In this document: positions 1-9,013 of the stretch, in pieces | Layout: the number at the start of each line of letters is the position of its first letter | How positions within the stretch are numbered: position 1 is the first letter of the stretch | Source: Oligoflexia bacterium | Lineage (GTDB): Bacteria > Bdellovibrionota > UBA1018 | Direction of reading: 5' to 3' | Assembly: GCA_963758495.1 (NCBI GenBank) | Contig: CAVWVI010000004.1 | Coordinates: forward strand, 256,001-320,000 | DNA length: 64,000 nt | Translations under genes and position numbers: made by a program | The notes under the pieces: generated by a model | Database searches by the model: none | Seen by the model: the letters and a program-made list of their open reading frames with translations, nothing else | Told to the model about the DNA's origin: nothing

Positions 1-1274
1 GCGTTATCGACCAGAACGCCGACGGAGAGTGCAAGACCACCCAGCGTCATCACATTCATGGATTGACCCGTTGCCAAAAACACAATACATGCTGCTAGCA
101 TTGAAATGGGGAGCGATAGAGCCACTGCAAACATCGCTTTTCCGCTTCCCAAAAAGAGCAGACACATGAGTGCGGCAAGTCCTCCTCCAATGAGTGATTC
201 GTCAGTAATGGTTTCAATAGCCTTCCGGATAAAGACTGACTGATCGCCCACGACCTTCAATTTGAAACCAGAAAGTGTGCTCTCCAAAGTCGTCATGGCT
301 TTTTTGACACGGTCGACGACTTCAATCGAGTTTGCGCCAGGCTGTCTATAAACAGGCACATAAACCTGAGGCTTGCTATCAATAAGTACTGCATTGGTTT
401 GGATAGCACCGTCCATTTTTGCATCGCCGACATCACCCAATTTGACAGCAACTCCGTTTTGCGCGCGCAGGGGATATTTATTCAGATCAGCAATCTGGTC
501 CACCATTCCGTTGCTCACAATTTGGTAATCGAAATCACCCATTTTCACATCACCCGCAGGGATGAAAGTGTTCATCTTCTCAAGAGTTGAAATCACATGG
601 ACAGGTGAGAAATTAAAATCCGTTAGCTTTTTCTGGTCCAGATAGGCAATGGCTGATTGAAGCTTGCCACCCATAATCACAGGTGCCATAGCCCCAGGAA
701 CACTTTGGATCGAATTGGTGACCCAGTAACGGGCCAGGGTATTTAAGTCTGCTTCAGATTTTTCGTCGCCACCTACGGCAACAAGAGCCAAAGGAATAGC
801 TGCCATGGGATCAAAAGGGAGAATGAGAGGTGGTTGAGTGCCAGGAGGAAGCTTCCGCATCACCGACATACTCATCGCGATCGTCTGCGAAATAGCGCTA
901 CTGAGATCAATCGAGGGGTTAAAAAAATCCCGAACAATGCTGACTCCAAGAAGGGATCTCGATTCTTGTCGTTCGATTCCTACTGCCATGCCCGTGTAGC
1001 GTTCGAAAAGGTAGGTAAGATCTTGCTCAACATGCTCCACCGGCATCCCTGGATAGAATGTCACAACCTGCACAGCTGGCATATTTGCGGAAGGCAAGAG
1101 GTCTTTCGGTAGTTTAAAAAGGGAGACTACGCCCAGTAACGAGATTACGATAAAGATCACTAGGGTCATGTGCAGGTTATTGACTGCAAAAGCGCCCATT
1201 CCTTTTTCTTCAATAGGCTTTACATCTATTTCTGGTACTTTTGGTACTACTGACGGCGGATTATGTTGTTCCAT
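1..1274 (-). CDS. RND efflux permease, AcrB/CusA family (N-terminal part; runs off window start)
   Basis: Not in the ORF track. Manual translation from ATG at 1274 gives MEQHNPP...FAVNNLHMTLVIFIVISLLGVVSLFKLPKDLLPSANMPAVQVVTFYPGMPVEHVEQDLT. Near base 1 it reads NVMTLGGLALSVGVLVDNA (RND TM4 motif). Directly downstream of a TolC-family gene. Confidence 0.9.
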   Translation of the reverse strand, partial: MEQHNPPSVVPKVPEIDVKPIEEKGMGAFAVNNLHMTLVIFIVISLLGVVSLFKLPKDLLPSANMPAVQVVTFYPGMPVEHVEQDLTYLFERYTGMAVGIERQESRSLLGVSIVRDFFNPSIDLSSAISQTIAMSMSVMRKLPPGTQPPLILPFDPMAAIPLALVAVGGDEKSEADLNTLARYWVTNSIQSVPGAMAPVIMGGKLQSAIAYLDQKKLTDFNFSPVHVISTLEKMNTFIPAGDVKMGDFDYQIVSNGMVDQIADLNKYPLRAQNGVAVKLGDVGDAKMDGAIQTNAVLIDSKPQVYVPVYRQPGANSIEVVDRVKKAMTTLESTLSGFKLKVVGDQSVFIRKAIETITDESLIGGGLAALMCLLFLGSGKAMFAVALSLPISMLAACIVFLATGQSMNVMTLGGLALSVGVLVDN

Positions 1275-1281
1275 AAAGTCC

Positions 1282-2649
1282 TCATTGAAGGGGTCGATTT
1301 TGAGATAAGTTGATCGTTTGATTCCATCGCCCATTGAGAAGTGCTTTTGCAGTGCTCTGGGTTGCGAAATCATAGAGAGCAACTTTTAAATCTCCAGACG
1401 TTCGGGCTAGATTTCGAATCGCTTCTCTTAGATCCACTAAATTTCCCTGCAAATCAGAGTAGCGCTTTTTTGCTAGTCGAAAACCTTTCTCAGCAACTTG
1501 CACTTCTTCCTTGATATGGGTCATCCGAAGTCGAGCTGATTCGATCGCACGGTCGTAGTTTAAGTTCGCTTCATCGATACCAAAGCGAGTGGCATCGGTA
1601 TTCTTTTCATTTTGAATCGTCCTCAATTCGTATTTTCGTACCTGAGAGACAGTCTTAAACCCTTCAAAAAGAGGTAAAATGACCGCGATCGCTGCCGAGT
1701 AATTCTGCATTGGAATTCCAAGTTCAGTATCGTTCATCCAACCGACACTCGCAAGTCCCACAATTTTTGGATTGAAGTCCTTTTGCGCAAGGCTCTTTTG
1801 AGTTTGAGAGACAGCCGTCTGTGCCTCTGCGAGAGATAAAAGTGGACTAACTGAAGCCAAAGAGTTTGACGGAGAATTTGCCAAAGAACCTGAAGGAGAA
1901 GCCGGTTTCAATTCTTGGATAGCTTGCTCCTCTAAGAGTGGGCACAACGGCTCTGTTCCTTTTTGTCCAATCAGATAAGCTAACCTTTGATTGGCGAGTT
2001 CAAAACGTTTTTTGTAATCTTCTGCTAAAGTCCTCGCCTCTTCGGTTTGTGAGATAGATAAGTATTTATCTACGATGGATCGTTGTCCCACTCGAACGAA
2101 ATTCTCTACTTCTTTTTGGACAAGTCCTGACTCCGATGCAATTCGGCCATAGACATCTGCCAAGCTTCGATCCCGTGAACAAAGAAAATAGGCCTCTTGG
2201 GCAACATGTCCAACTTTCAATGCAGAAACCAGCGTATCTTTCCTAAATAAATCAGTTTCCTTCTCTGCCAATCGAATTGAGTCCGAAGTTCTGCCGAAAT
2301 CCCAAACATTTTGTTCCAATACCAGGCCAGCGGTAGGCCCCTTATGGAACGGTGAAACCATAAGTCCCGCGACTCCAGTAGCGCCAGCCGATCCAGGAAA
2401 TCCTGTAGACGCTAAAGCCATAGCGTTAATTGTGGGATAATAAGAAGACTGTGCTATTTTTTCGTTCTGTTGCTGGGTCATCTCTGCATACTGACCCGCT
2501 TGCACAGTGGGCTGATACTCGACTGCCCGCTTAATCACTTGCTCTAACCGCAGCTCAGCAAAGGCAGCATGAGCCCCAATACACCCACTGTAGATAAAAA
2601 AGAAAAAAATCACCTTGAAATTTATCTTTAAATCTCTATTGCAAAACAT
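1282..2649 (-). CDS. TolC-family outer membrane efflux protein
   Basis: Signal peptide; two OEP-like repeats (YYPTIN...QNVWDFGR; FNPKI...LPLFEGF; KKRYSDLQG); adjacent to an RND permease. Confidence 0.85.
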   Translation of the reverse strand: MFCNRDLKINFKVIFFFFIYSGCIGAHAAFAELRLEQVIKRAVEYQPTVQAGQYAEMTQQQNEKIAQSSYYPTINAMALASTGFPGSAGATGVAGLMVSPFHKGPTAGLVLEQNVWDFGRTSDSIRLAEKETDLFRKDTLVSALKVGHVAQEAYFLCSRDRSLADVYGRIASESGLVQKEVENFVRVGQRSIVDKYLSISQTEEARTLAEDYKKRFELANQRLAYLIGQKGTEPLCPLLEEQAIQELKPASPSGSLANSPSNSLASVSPLLSLAEAQTAVSQTQKSLAQKDFNPKIVGLASVGWMNDTELGIPMQNYSAAIAVILPLFEGFKTVSQVRKYELRTIQNEKNTDATRFGIDEANLNYDRAIESARLRMTHIKEEVQVAEKGFRLAKKRYSDLQGNLVDLREAIRNLARTSGDLKVALYDFATQSTAKALLNGRWNQTINLSQNRPLQ

Positions 2650-2810
2650 CCTACCCCCCTACTTCCTCTTCTTTGATCAGATCCTGGCCTTTGCACTCTC
2701 TTTTACTTTAACAGAGTATTCTAACATGAAGATGAACTGAAGATTACATTTTCGTCATCTTCAATAATGATACAGTCATGGGTCATACTGAAAACATCTC
2801 CTCCTAGAGC

Positions 2811-2826
2811 TGGTCTGCATATTGCT
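2811..2826 (+). promoter_or_regulatory. Putative sigma-54 (-24/-12) promoter for the hdeA-like gene
   Basis: TGGTCTGCATATTGCT: GG-N10-GC spacing with TTGCT, 70 bp upstream of the ATG. The -24 element is imperfect. Confidence 0.45.
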
Positions 2827-2896
2827 TTCTGAGTCCTGAAATCGCCTTATCTAACAGGGTTCGCGACGCGGGCCATTATTTCATAGAGGAGATGAC

Positions 2897-3220
2897 ATGA
2901 AAATTACAGCACCCATGCTTACGACCATCTTAACGTGCCTCATCGTATCCACGCCGAGCCTGGCAGCCGATAAAAGTACCACTGCCAGCACAAAACCCGC
3001 CAAAATGTCCTGCGAGGATTTCATTGCGTTAGATGACGTGGTCAAACCAAAAGTGGTCTACTGGGCGGCGGGTGTGAATCGTAAAGGCAAGCCAGAAGAC
3101 GCGGTCGTCGATATCGAAAAAACTGATCGTCTTGTTCCGGTGCTGATCGAAGAATGCACGAAAACTCCCAAGCAGTCTTTCTGGAGCAAGGTCAAAGTAG
3201 AATTTAAGAAACTAACCTAA
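2897..3220 (+). CDS. hdeA: HdeA-family acid-activated periplasmic chaperone
   Basis: Signal peptide; MSCEDFIALDD.VKPKVVYWA.G...KGKPEDAV.D...VP.LIEECTKTP..SF..KVK follows the HdeA pattern with both cysteines; strong RBS GAGGAG. Confidence 0.8.
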   Translation: MKITAPMLTTILTCLIVSTPSLAADKSTTASTKPAKMSCEDFIALDDVVKPKVVYWAAGVNRKGKPEDAVVDIEKTDRLVPVLIEECTKTPKQSFWSKVKVEFKKLT

Positions 3221-3287
3221 CAAGTCTACTGAAAAAACTGAAGGTCGCCTGAGGCGGCACTTCTCCCCTAATATCCATTGTCACCGG

Positions 3288-3977
3288 TTATCCCGCAAGA
3301 GCCTCAATTGCCGGATAAAGTAATAGCCCCTTCCAAAGTCGATAAGCAGTTTCCTGCGAGCAATTCACTAGCTTAGCAGCCTGATATGGGTTCCCAGCCA
3401 TCTTGCGCGCCATAACATATGCGATGTCTGCGCGAAAATTTGCCCCGATCAAGGCTCGAAATTTCAGCCACGAATTGTGAGCTAAGATATTTTCCAAAGC
3501 GAGAACCTTCTTCGGATCCGCTGGTCGAATTTCTTGCGTCTTGATCCCGAACTCAAGAAGCTCACGATCTACTCCATATTTTTCCATTAAAAATGGATCT
3601 GCGTGTTTAGCAAAATAACTACTCAATAATTGCTCTTTCAAAAGTTTATTCTTTGCCAGATCCACCAAAATAGAAAATCGCCGATCTCCTCTCTTCACCT
3701 GTTTGAGAGCTACAACCCCCAAAGCAATCAGTGTATCACCAGCCAGATCTCCCGCCAATACTCTGACTCGCTCCACGTGAATGAGGTCTCTTACTTTTTC
3801 CAGCCAAGTCAAAAGCATTTGGAACGCCTTTGGCTCTTCTTTTAATAAGCGAATGACGTCCAGAAGAGTGGCTTCTGGGTCTGCATCACTCACTGCATTG
3901 CCATAAAATGCGAATCCAAGTCCAACCAGCTTCGGCCTCAAGACATCGAATGTCAGTGTGTCTTTAGCCTTTCTCAT
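3288..3977 (-). CDS. Hypothetical protein with C-terminal HTH-like segment; partner of adjacent nucleotidyltransferase
   Basis: 229-aa ORF overlapping the upstream gene end; C-terminal NPYQAAKLVNCSQETAYRLW resembles a helix-turn-helix. Confidence 0.6.
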   Translation of the reverse strand: MRKAKDTLTFDVLRPKLVGLGFAFYGNAVSDADPEATLLDVIRLLKEEPKAFQMLLTWLEKVRDLIHVERVRVLAGDLAGDTLIALGVVALKQVKRGDRRFSILVDLAKNKLLKEQLLSSYFAKHADPFLMEKYGVDRELLEFGIKTQEIRPADPKKVLALENILAHNSWLKFRALIGANFRADIAYVMARKMAGNPYQAAKLVNCSQETAYRLWKGLLLYPAIEALAG

Positions 3978-4512
3978 GATTTAACCTCTCGATTAGTTTC
4001 TTGAAGCACTTTTCAACACGAGCAGGCCAATATTCAGACCCGTCACGTACTAAAACCCAAGCCCTCAATAACTCAACTTCGGCAATAGATGGACGCATTT
4101 TTAAAATATCAGAGAGATCGTCCTCGTCGCGATCACAGTATGCAAAGAGCTTGGAAGCGAGTAAGTCTCGATTTGAAAGTGCGTGCATCTTCAATCGACG
4201 ACCTTCGTAAATACACTGAACTCGGGTCTCCCAACCGACTTCAAGATCACGCGACAAGGAGGCTGGTCCATTATTTAACCACTCTGGCTCAAGTCCGAAC
4301 TCCTTCCCTACCTCTGCCGCTACTTCTTTAAGCACCAGATCCAGTTCAGGAGCAATTACGTCTATATCTCGAGTTTGTCGATCGATGATATCTAGAATGA
4401 GGAGCGCACCACCGCCGCAGACGATGAGCTCGCGAGATTCTCCCCTTGCGTGCAGCTTTGCATCCAGACTTTCTAAAATTGGCCGAAGAAGTTTAGGCCC
4501 TAGCTTTTCCAT
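3964..4512 (-). CDS. DUF6036/AbiEii-like nucleotidyltransferase
   Basis: LIVCGGGAL...RQTRDIDV...WLN...DLLASKLFA..DR..DDLSDI motifs. Start placed at ATG 4512 (MEKLG), just after a -10 box. Confidence 0.75.
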   Translation of the reverse strand: MEKLGPKLLRPILESLDAKLHARGESRELIVCGGGALLILDIIDRQTRDIDVIAPELDLVLKEVAAEVGKEFGLEPEWLNNGPASLSRDLEVGWETRVQCIYEGRRLKMHALSNRDLLASKLFAYCDRDEDDLSDILKMRPSIAEVELLRAWVLVRDGSEYWPARVEKCFKKLIERLNHEKG

Positions 4513-4519
4513 ACTACTA

Positions 4520-4548
4520 AGTATAATCCAGCACACTTGGATTATCCA
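4520..4548 (-). promoter_or_regulatory. Sigma-70-type promoter with overlapping inverted-repeat operator
   Basis: Minus strand reads TGGATA-17 nt-TATACT-7 nt-ATG. Inverted repeat ATAATCCA-N7-TGGATTAT at 4523-4545. Confidence 0.55.
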
Positions 4549-4576
4549 TAATAAAAGCGCGGCCCCAGAAGTCCAT

Positions 4577-4843
4577 CTAAGTTATTGATATTACATAACT
4601 GACGCTCGATCCTGCGTCTAATTCAGATTGACTAAACATGGACGCCACGTCCACTTTAAGATTGAAGATATCACTTAGACTCAAATCACCGATCTTTTCT
4701 TCTTCGCTGGACTGTTTTAAAACATGGTCCTCAACTTTACTGTCTGTTTTTTCTTCAGCAAAAAGATCATAGCTTTGAAAACCCAAACTCAATACACTTC
4801 CAATAAAATTTAGAACAAATAACCCAATAACTTTTTGTCGCAT
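4577..4843 (-). pseudogene. Truncated N-terminus of a TonB-dependent-receptor-like protein
   Basis: Signal peptide, then DLSLSDIFNLKVDVASMFSQSELDAGSSVSYVIS, typical of the start of a TonB receptor plug domain; stops at 88 aa. Confidence 0.55.
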
Positions 4844-5045
4844 AGCCGCACCCCATTTTGTAATTGTATTAGATTGAATTACAATTTTTTATATTTTAAA
4901 TAAAATATTCAAAATTTTATTTATTATTAAAGAATATAAAAGTACAGAGAACCATCTGAAGACTAGAATTCACTTGGATTGGAGGTGTTCTTTTTCCCAA
5001 ATTGCCGCTTTAAGTACTCTAGGTTAAGACATTTTTATTTATATC

Positions 5046-7040
5046 TTGATGTCCATGGTTTTCTTGCCTATGATCGGCGGCATTATGGAAATGCACCCTG
5101 CGTCAAAATTGAGCTATTTGATAATTTTCAATTTATTCTGCCTTTTTTCTCTTCAGGGTTCCTTTGCCTGGTCTAGCACCTACCCATTGGATGACCTTTC
5201 TCCCGAGGAAATTGCAAAGACCGTAAAAACCATCAAAGAATCACACAAATTTGCGGACGATCTTCGATTCCCTATCTTAAAAACAAAAGAGCCTTTGAAA
5301 GCTGAAATACTCTCTTACCTTCTGACTGGAAAAACACCTGTTAGAAAAGCATTTGCGTCTATCTTTGAAAAAGCTAAAAACCGACTCACTGAAGTCACGG
5401 TGGATTTGAATCAAAATAAGATTTCCGAAATTAAACTCATTCCAGGACAACAACCTCCTCTCCTTTTAGAGGAATACGACCGAATCAACGAGATCATTAA
5501 AACACATCCTCAGTGGAGGGCTGGATTAGAAAAACGTGGGATCGACCCAAAGGATGTCTGGCTAGATGGTTGGGCTCTCGGGCTAGAATCAGCAAAAGAA
5601 CAGAAATCAGGTAAAAGATTGATTCGTGGTGTCCCTTACTTGAAGAAGAATATCAAAAATTTTTACTCTCGCCCTATCGAAGGTTTGCTTGCCACAATCG
5701 ATATGAACACGGAAACCGTGTATGAAGTAATCGATCTAGGAAAAGCGCCCGTTGCCCGTGGCCAAGAACTCACTCAAAAGACTGAAAGTAAACGAGGGCT
5801 CCCCTTAAAAAAGTTAGTCGTGAGCCAACCTGATGGACCTAGCTTTAAAATCACAGGGCAACAAATTGAATGGAGTAATTGGATTTTTCATTACTCCATC
5901 TCTCCAATGGAAGGGCTAATGATTCATCAACTCACCTACCGAGATGATGACCGTGACCGCACAGTTCTTTACAAAGGGTCTCTCGCTGAAATGTTAGTGC
6001 CCTATGGAGAGCCAGGAAAGATCTGGTCATTTCGAAATGCTTTTGACGTAGGGCAATACGGGATTGGCAGAACGGCTCATAATTTAGTTCCCGGTGTGGA
6101 TGCTCCTGAAAATGCTGTTTTTTTAGACGCATATTTCGCTGACGATAAGGGCGAGGTGATGAGCGTACCCCGTGCCGTAGCTATTTATGAACGAGACAGT
6201 GGAATTCAATGGGAACACTTTGATCAATTTTTAAAAGAAACTGCCGCCATGAGAGGAAGGCAGCTTGTCACCACTTTTACTACCACAGTAGGAAATTATG
6301 ATTATGGTATCAATTGGATTCTTCACCAGGATGGGGTCATTGAAGTGGAAGTGCACCTGACAGGAATCATGCTTGCCAAGGGAACGGATCTTAAAACGAA
6401 TCCATGTCGACAGAAATGCGAGCACCTTGCAGAGCCTCTGATTATCACACCCAATCACCAGCACTTTTTTAGCTTTAGGCTCGACGTGGATATAGATGGG
6501 GTCAATAATTCTATTTACGAGCTGAACACAAAAGCCTTACCCGTCGGGCCCAAGAATCCTGATAGAAATGCCTTTGAAATGTTTCCTACTCTTATTGACA
6601 ATGAGGCCAATTCCTGTCGCGATTTAAATATGGCGACTTCAAGGAAGTGGAAAATATCCAATATGAGCTTTGAGAATAAGTTAAAACATCCTGTGTCCTA
6701 TGTTCTCATGGCTGGTGAAAATTCAATTCCTTATCTCTCGCCTCAATCTCCGATTCGAAAGCAGGCTTTCTTCATCAACCACCCCGTTTGGTTTACTCGT
6801 TATCATGACGATGAACAACACCCTGCAGGAGACTATCCCAATCAAAATCACGCTGGAGACGGCCTAAAAAAATTCCAAGCCAATCATGAAAATCTGAAAA
6901 ACCAAGATATAGTACTTTGGTATAATTTTGGAATTACGCATCATACTAGACCGGAAGAGTGGCCTGTCATGAATGCTCATCGGGCTGGTTTTAAGCTCAT
7001 GCCCATGAATTTCTTTTCGAGAAATCCGACTACTCAGTGA
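5046..7040 (+). CDS. tynA: Copper/TPQ-dependent primary amine oxidase, exported
   Basis: TVGNYDY TPQ consensus; HQH and later H copper ligands; FDVGQYG; RPEEWPVM; FF.RNP end; signal peptide. True start probably 5085 or 5091. Confidence 0.92.
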   Translation: MMSMVFLPMIGGIMEMHPASKLSYLIIFNLFCLFSLQGSFAWSSTYPLDDLSPEEIAKTVKTIKESHKFADDLRFPILKTKEPLKAEILSYLLTGKTPVRKAFASIFEKAKNRLTEVTVDLNQNKISEIKLIPGQQPPLLLEEYDRINEIIKTHPQWRAGLEKRGIDPKDVWLDGWALGLESAKEQKSGKRLIRGVPYLKKNIKNFYSRPIEGLLATIDMNTETVYEVIDLGKAPVARGQELTQKTESKRGLPLKKLVVSQPDGPSFKITGQQIEWSNWIFHYSISPMEGLMIHQLTYRDDDRDRTVLYKGSLAEMLVPYGEPGKIWSFRNAFDVGQYGIGRTAHNLVPGVDAPENAVFLDAYFADDKGEVMSVPRAVAIYERDSGIQWEHFDQFLKETAAMRGRQLVTTFTTTVGNYDYGINWILHQDGVIEVEVHLTGIMLAKGTDLKTNPCRQKCEHLAEPLIITPNHQHFFSFRLDVDIDGVNNSIYELNTKALPVGPKNPDRNAFEMFPTLIDNEANSCRDLNMATSRKWKISNMSFENKLKHPVSYVLMAGENSIPYLSPQSPIRKQAFFINHPVWFTRYHDDEQHPAGDYPNQNHAGDGLKKFQANHENLKNQDIVLWYNFGITHHTRPEEWPVMNAHRAGFKLMPMNFFSRNPTTQ

Positions 7041-7137
7041 TGAATCTCGGTATTTCGCATTTAGGCTTTTTTGCGCACAAATCAGATAAGTATGGAATGG
7101 AGGGCTTGCGTGGCGTCATTGTGTAGTATAGTGCACT

Positions 7138-7593
7138 CTATTTTATGTTGATTGTCTTATAACCGATGGGTTCTCTACCCTCAGAAAGAAAAGCACCAGA
7201 AACATATCCTATGGAATTGGGATTTTTGACAACATACCCGATCACTTCTTCATCATTTGTCAACTCGGGAGGTGGCACATCTCGTCCAGAAAAAATCAAC
7301 TGCTGCCAATAGTTTTTGACGCTCAAGACAGATCGCTTCAAAATTTCTTCAGAAAACTTCTGCCTCGCTAGAGAACTAGGGCCCTGATCGACTGGTCGGA
7401 CAAAACCATTTTCTGGCCAGTGTGTCACTTTTTTGAAGAAAATATCTGCCAAATATTTACGTTCCAAACTGGTAATTGGATTTTGCGCATTGACAATCAC
7501 TTGAAACAACAGCGGAGTAAATAACTGCTCTTCTCCATGGAGTGGAGAAGAATTTAGAACCAAAACTAGAAATAAAATTAATAATTTACGCAA
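7138..7593 (-). CDS. Small periplasmic binding-protein-like protein (PBP2/phosphate-ABC-SBP-like)
   Basis: Signal peptide; VIVN..NP...L.DIF.KK...W...YWQQLIFSG...PP...EEVI.YV..NP.SIGYV pattern. Confidence 0.7.
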   Translation of the reverse strand: MRKLLILFLVLVLNSSPLHGEEQLFTPLLFQVIVNAQNPITSLERKYLADIFFKKVTHWPENGFVRPVDQGPSSLARQKFSEEILKRSVLSVKNYWQQLIFSGRDVPPPELTNDEEVIGYVVKNPNSIGYVSGAFLSEGREPIGYKTINIK

Positions 7594-7605
7594 TGTCCAT
7601 CCCCT

Positions 7606-8793
7606 CTAAAAAAAAGCAGTCGTCTTAACTAAAAAAACGCCCCAGTTCTCTGCGAGTGCACTTAAGGGAGTATGATTATTCAGAGTTGTGCTCAAACCCG
7701 CAGTGCCATGCATATAGTGACCTTCCAATTTCACCAACCAGTAGGGATTAATATCAACACGTAGCGTAGCGGATAAATCATGCTGTTGTCCTTGAGGACT
7801 GACTCGATCATTCACATTGGGAAAAAATAAGGAATAATATAAGGCAGGCTGAAGCCTATTCGATAGATGGTACGCAGCCATGACATACTCTCTTTCACTC
7901 ACCGTGTAAGTGTTAGGAAACAAAGTTGGGTTACTACTTTTATCTACAGTGACATACCATCGGCTATATTCTGCCGCCAAAAGCAAATTAGATCGAGTAT
8001 ACTCCGCCGACCCTACCCACAAGATAGCTGGAATCTCAGTCGAAACAAGAGTGGAACTTGCAGTGTAATCCAGTGTTGCATCCAATTTAAGGGTTTGAAA
8101 AGAACCCCCCAGCCTTAAACCATCCACGGGTGTTTCCCACATCACTCGACTCCCCGCCACATACGGTACATTGATTTCTTGGATTTGAAAGGTAGTTGCG
8201 GGTAAATTCAAGATATCAATTTGAATAGTCCCAGCATAAAGGCGATAGGCCAATGCTCCTAGGGAACTACTCCCCGTGTATCCATAAATCTGCACACCGT
8301 CTTGTGCGAGAAGATAATTGCGATTTTGGGTCGGATAGATAGATTGAGGAAGTAAAACAGGAGCACGTGCCGAATCTACATCACTGCTCTCGTTATATAA
8401 ACCAAAGGGAATCTTCACCCGACCAAATTGAAATCCAAAAAGATCAGAGGGATGATAATCTAAATAAAACCAGTCCATTTTCGCGTCAAATCCGCCTGTA
8501 GGTCCCAGTTGACGAGCAAAGAGTTGAATCCCGGTCCGAAGGGTATCAGTCAATGACTTGGTAAAATTAATTCCGACTTCTGTAAACTCGAAACTGCCTC
8601 CTTTGGACATCGCCAGATAATTATTAGCTGTAGTATTGATATACCCTTGACTCAAGAATCCATGGTATTCAAGGCCCTGAAGTTCTTCCGCGTTCGCGCG
8701 TGGAATAACTACTAAAGCAACAGTAAAGAACATCGAGATAATAGCTACCTTATTGCGCCTTGAAATTGATAGTAGTTTCAAATCTATCTCCAA
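7606..8793 (-). CDS. Outer-membrane beta-barrel (porin-like) protein
   Basis: HGFLSQGY, DWFYLDY, GRVKIPFGLYNE motifs; amphipathic strands; terminal Phe; paired with the small PBP-like gene. Confidence 0.75.
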   Translation of the reverse strand: MEIDLKLLSISRRNKVAIISMFFTVALVVIPRANAEELQGLEYHGFLSQGYINTTANNYLAMSKGGSFEFTEVGINFTKSLTDTLRTGIQLFARQLGPTGGFDAKMDWFYLDYHPSDLFGFQFGRVKIPFGLYNESSDVDSARAPVLLPQSIYPTQNRNYLLAQDGVQIYGYTGSSSLGALAYRLYAGTIQIDILNLPATTFQIQEINVPYVAGSRVMWETPVDGLRLGGSFQTLKLDATLDYTASSTLVSTEIPAILWVGSAEYTRSNLLLAAEYSRWYVTVDKSSNPTLFPNTYTVSEREYVMAAYHLSNRLQPALYYSLFFPNVNDRVSPQGQQHDLSATLRVDINPYWLVKLEGHYMHGTAGLSTTLNNHTPLSALAENWGVFLVKTTAFF

Positions 8794-9013
8794 TAAATAT
8801 TACTATATGAATAGTAGGCTAACCCACATCAATGTAAATATAAATTTTTATATTCAACCCCACTAGACCCTACCAGTCTATGGTGCGGTGCTTATAGGTT
8901 TGTGATGAATTTTCGAGGCACACTTTCTAAAACAAAGTCGGAAAAGACTTCGTAAGTCAATAAATATCAATCGCAAGCACTAAATGGGCTACTTACTATC
9001 AAACTTATTTGTA

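Noticed and set aside
399..1112. Plus-strand ORFs 399-590 and 834-1112
   Set aside because: Antisense shadows of the RND permease. The same applies to the many short ORFs inside ileS, nrdA, tgt and the kinases.
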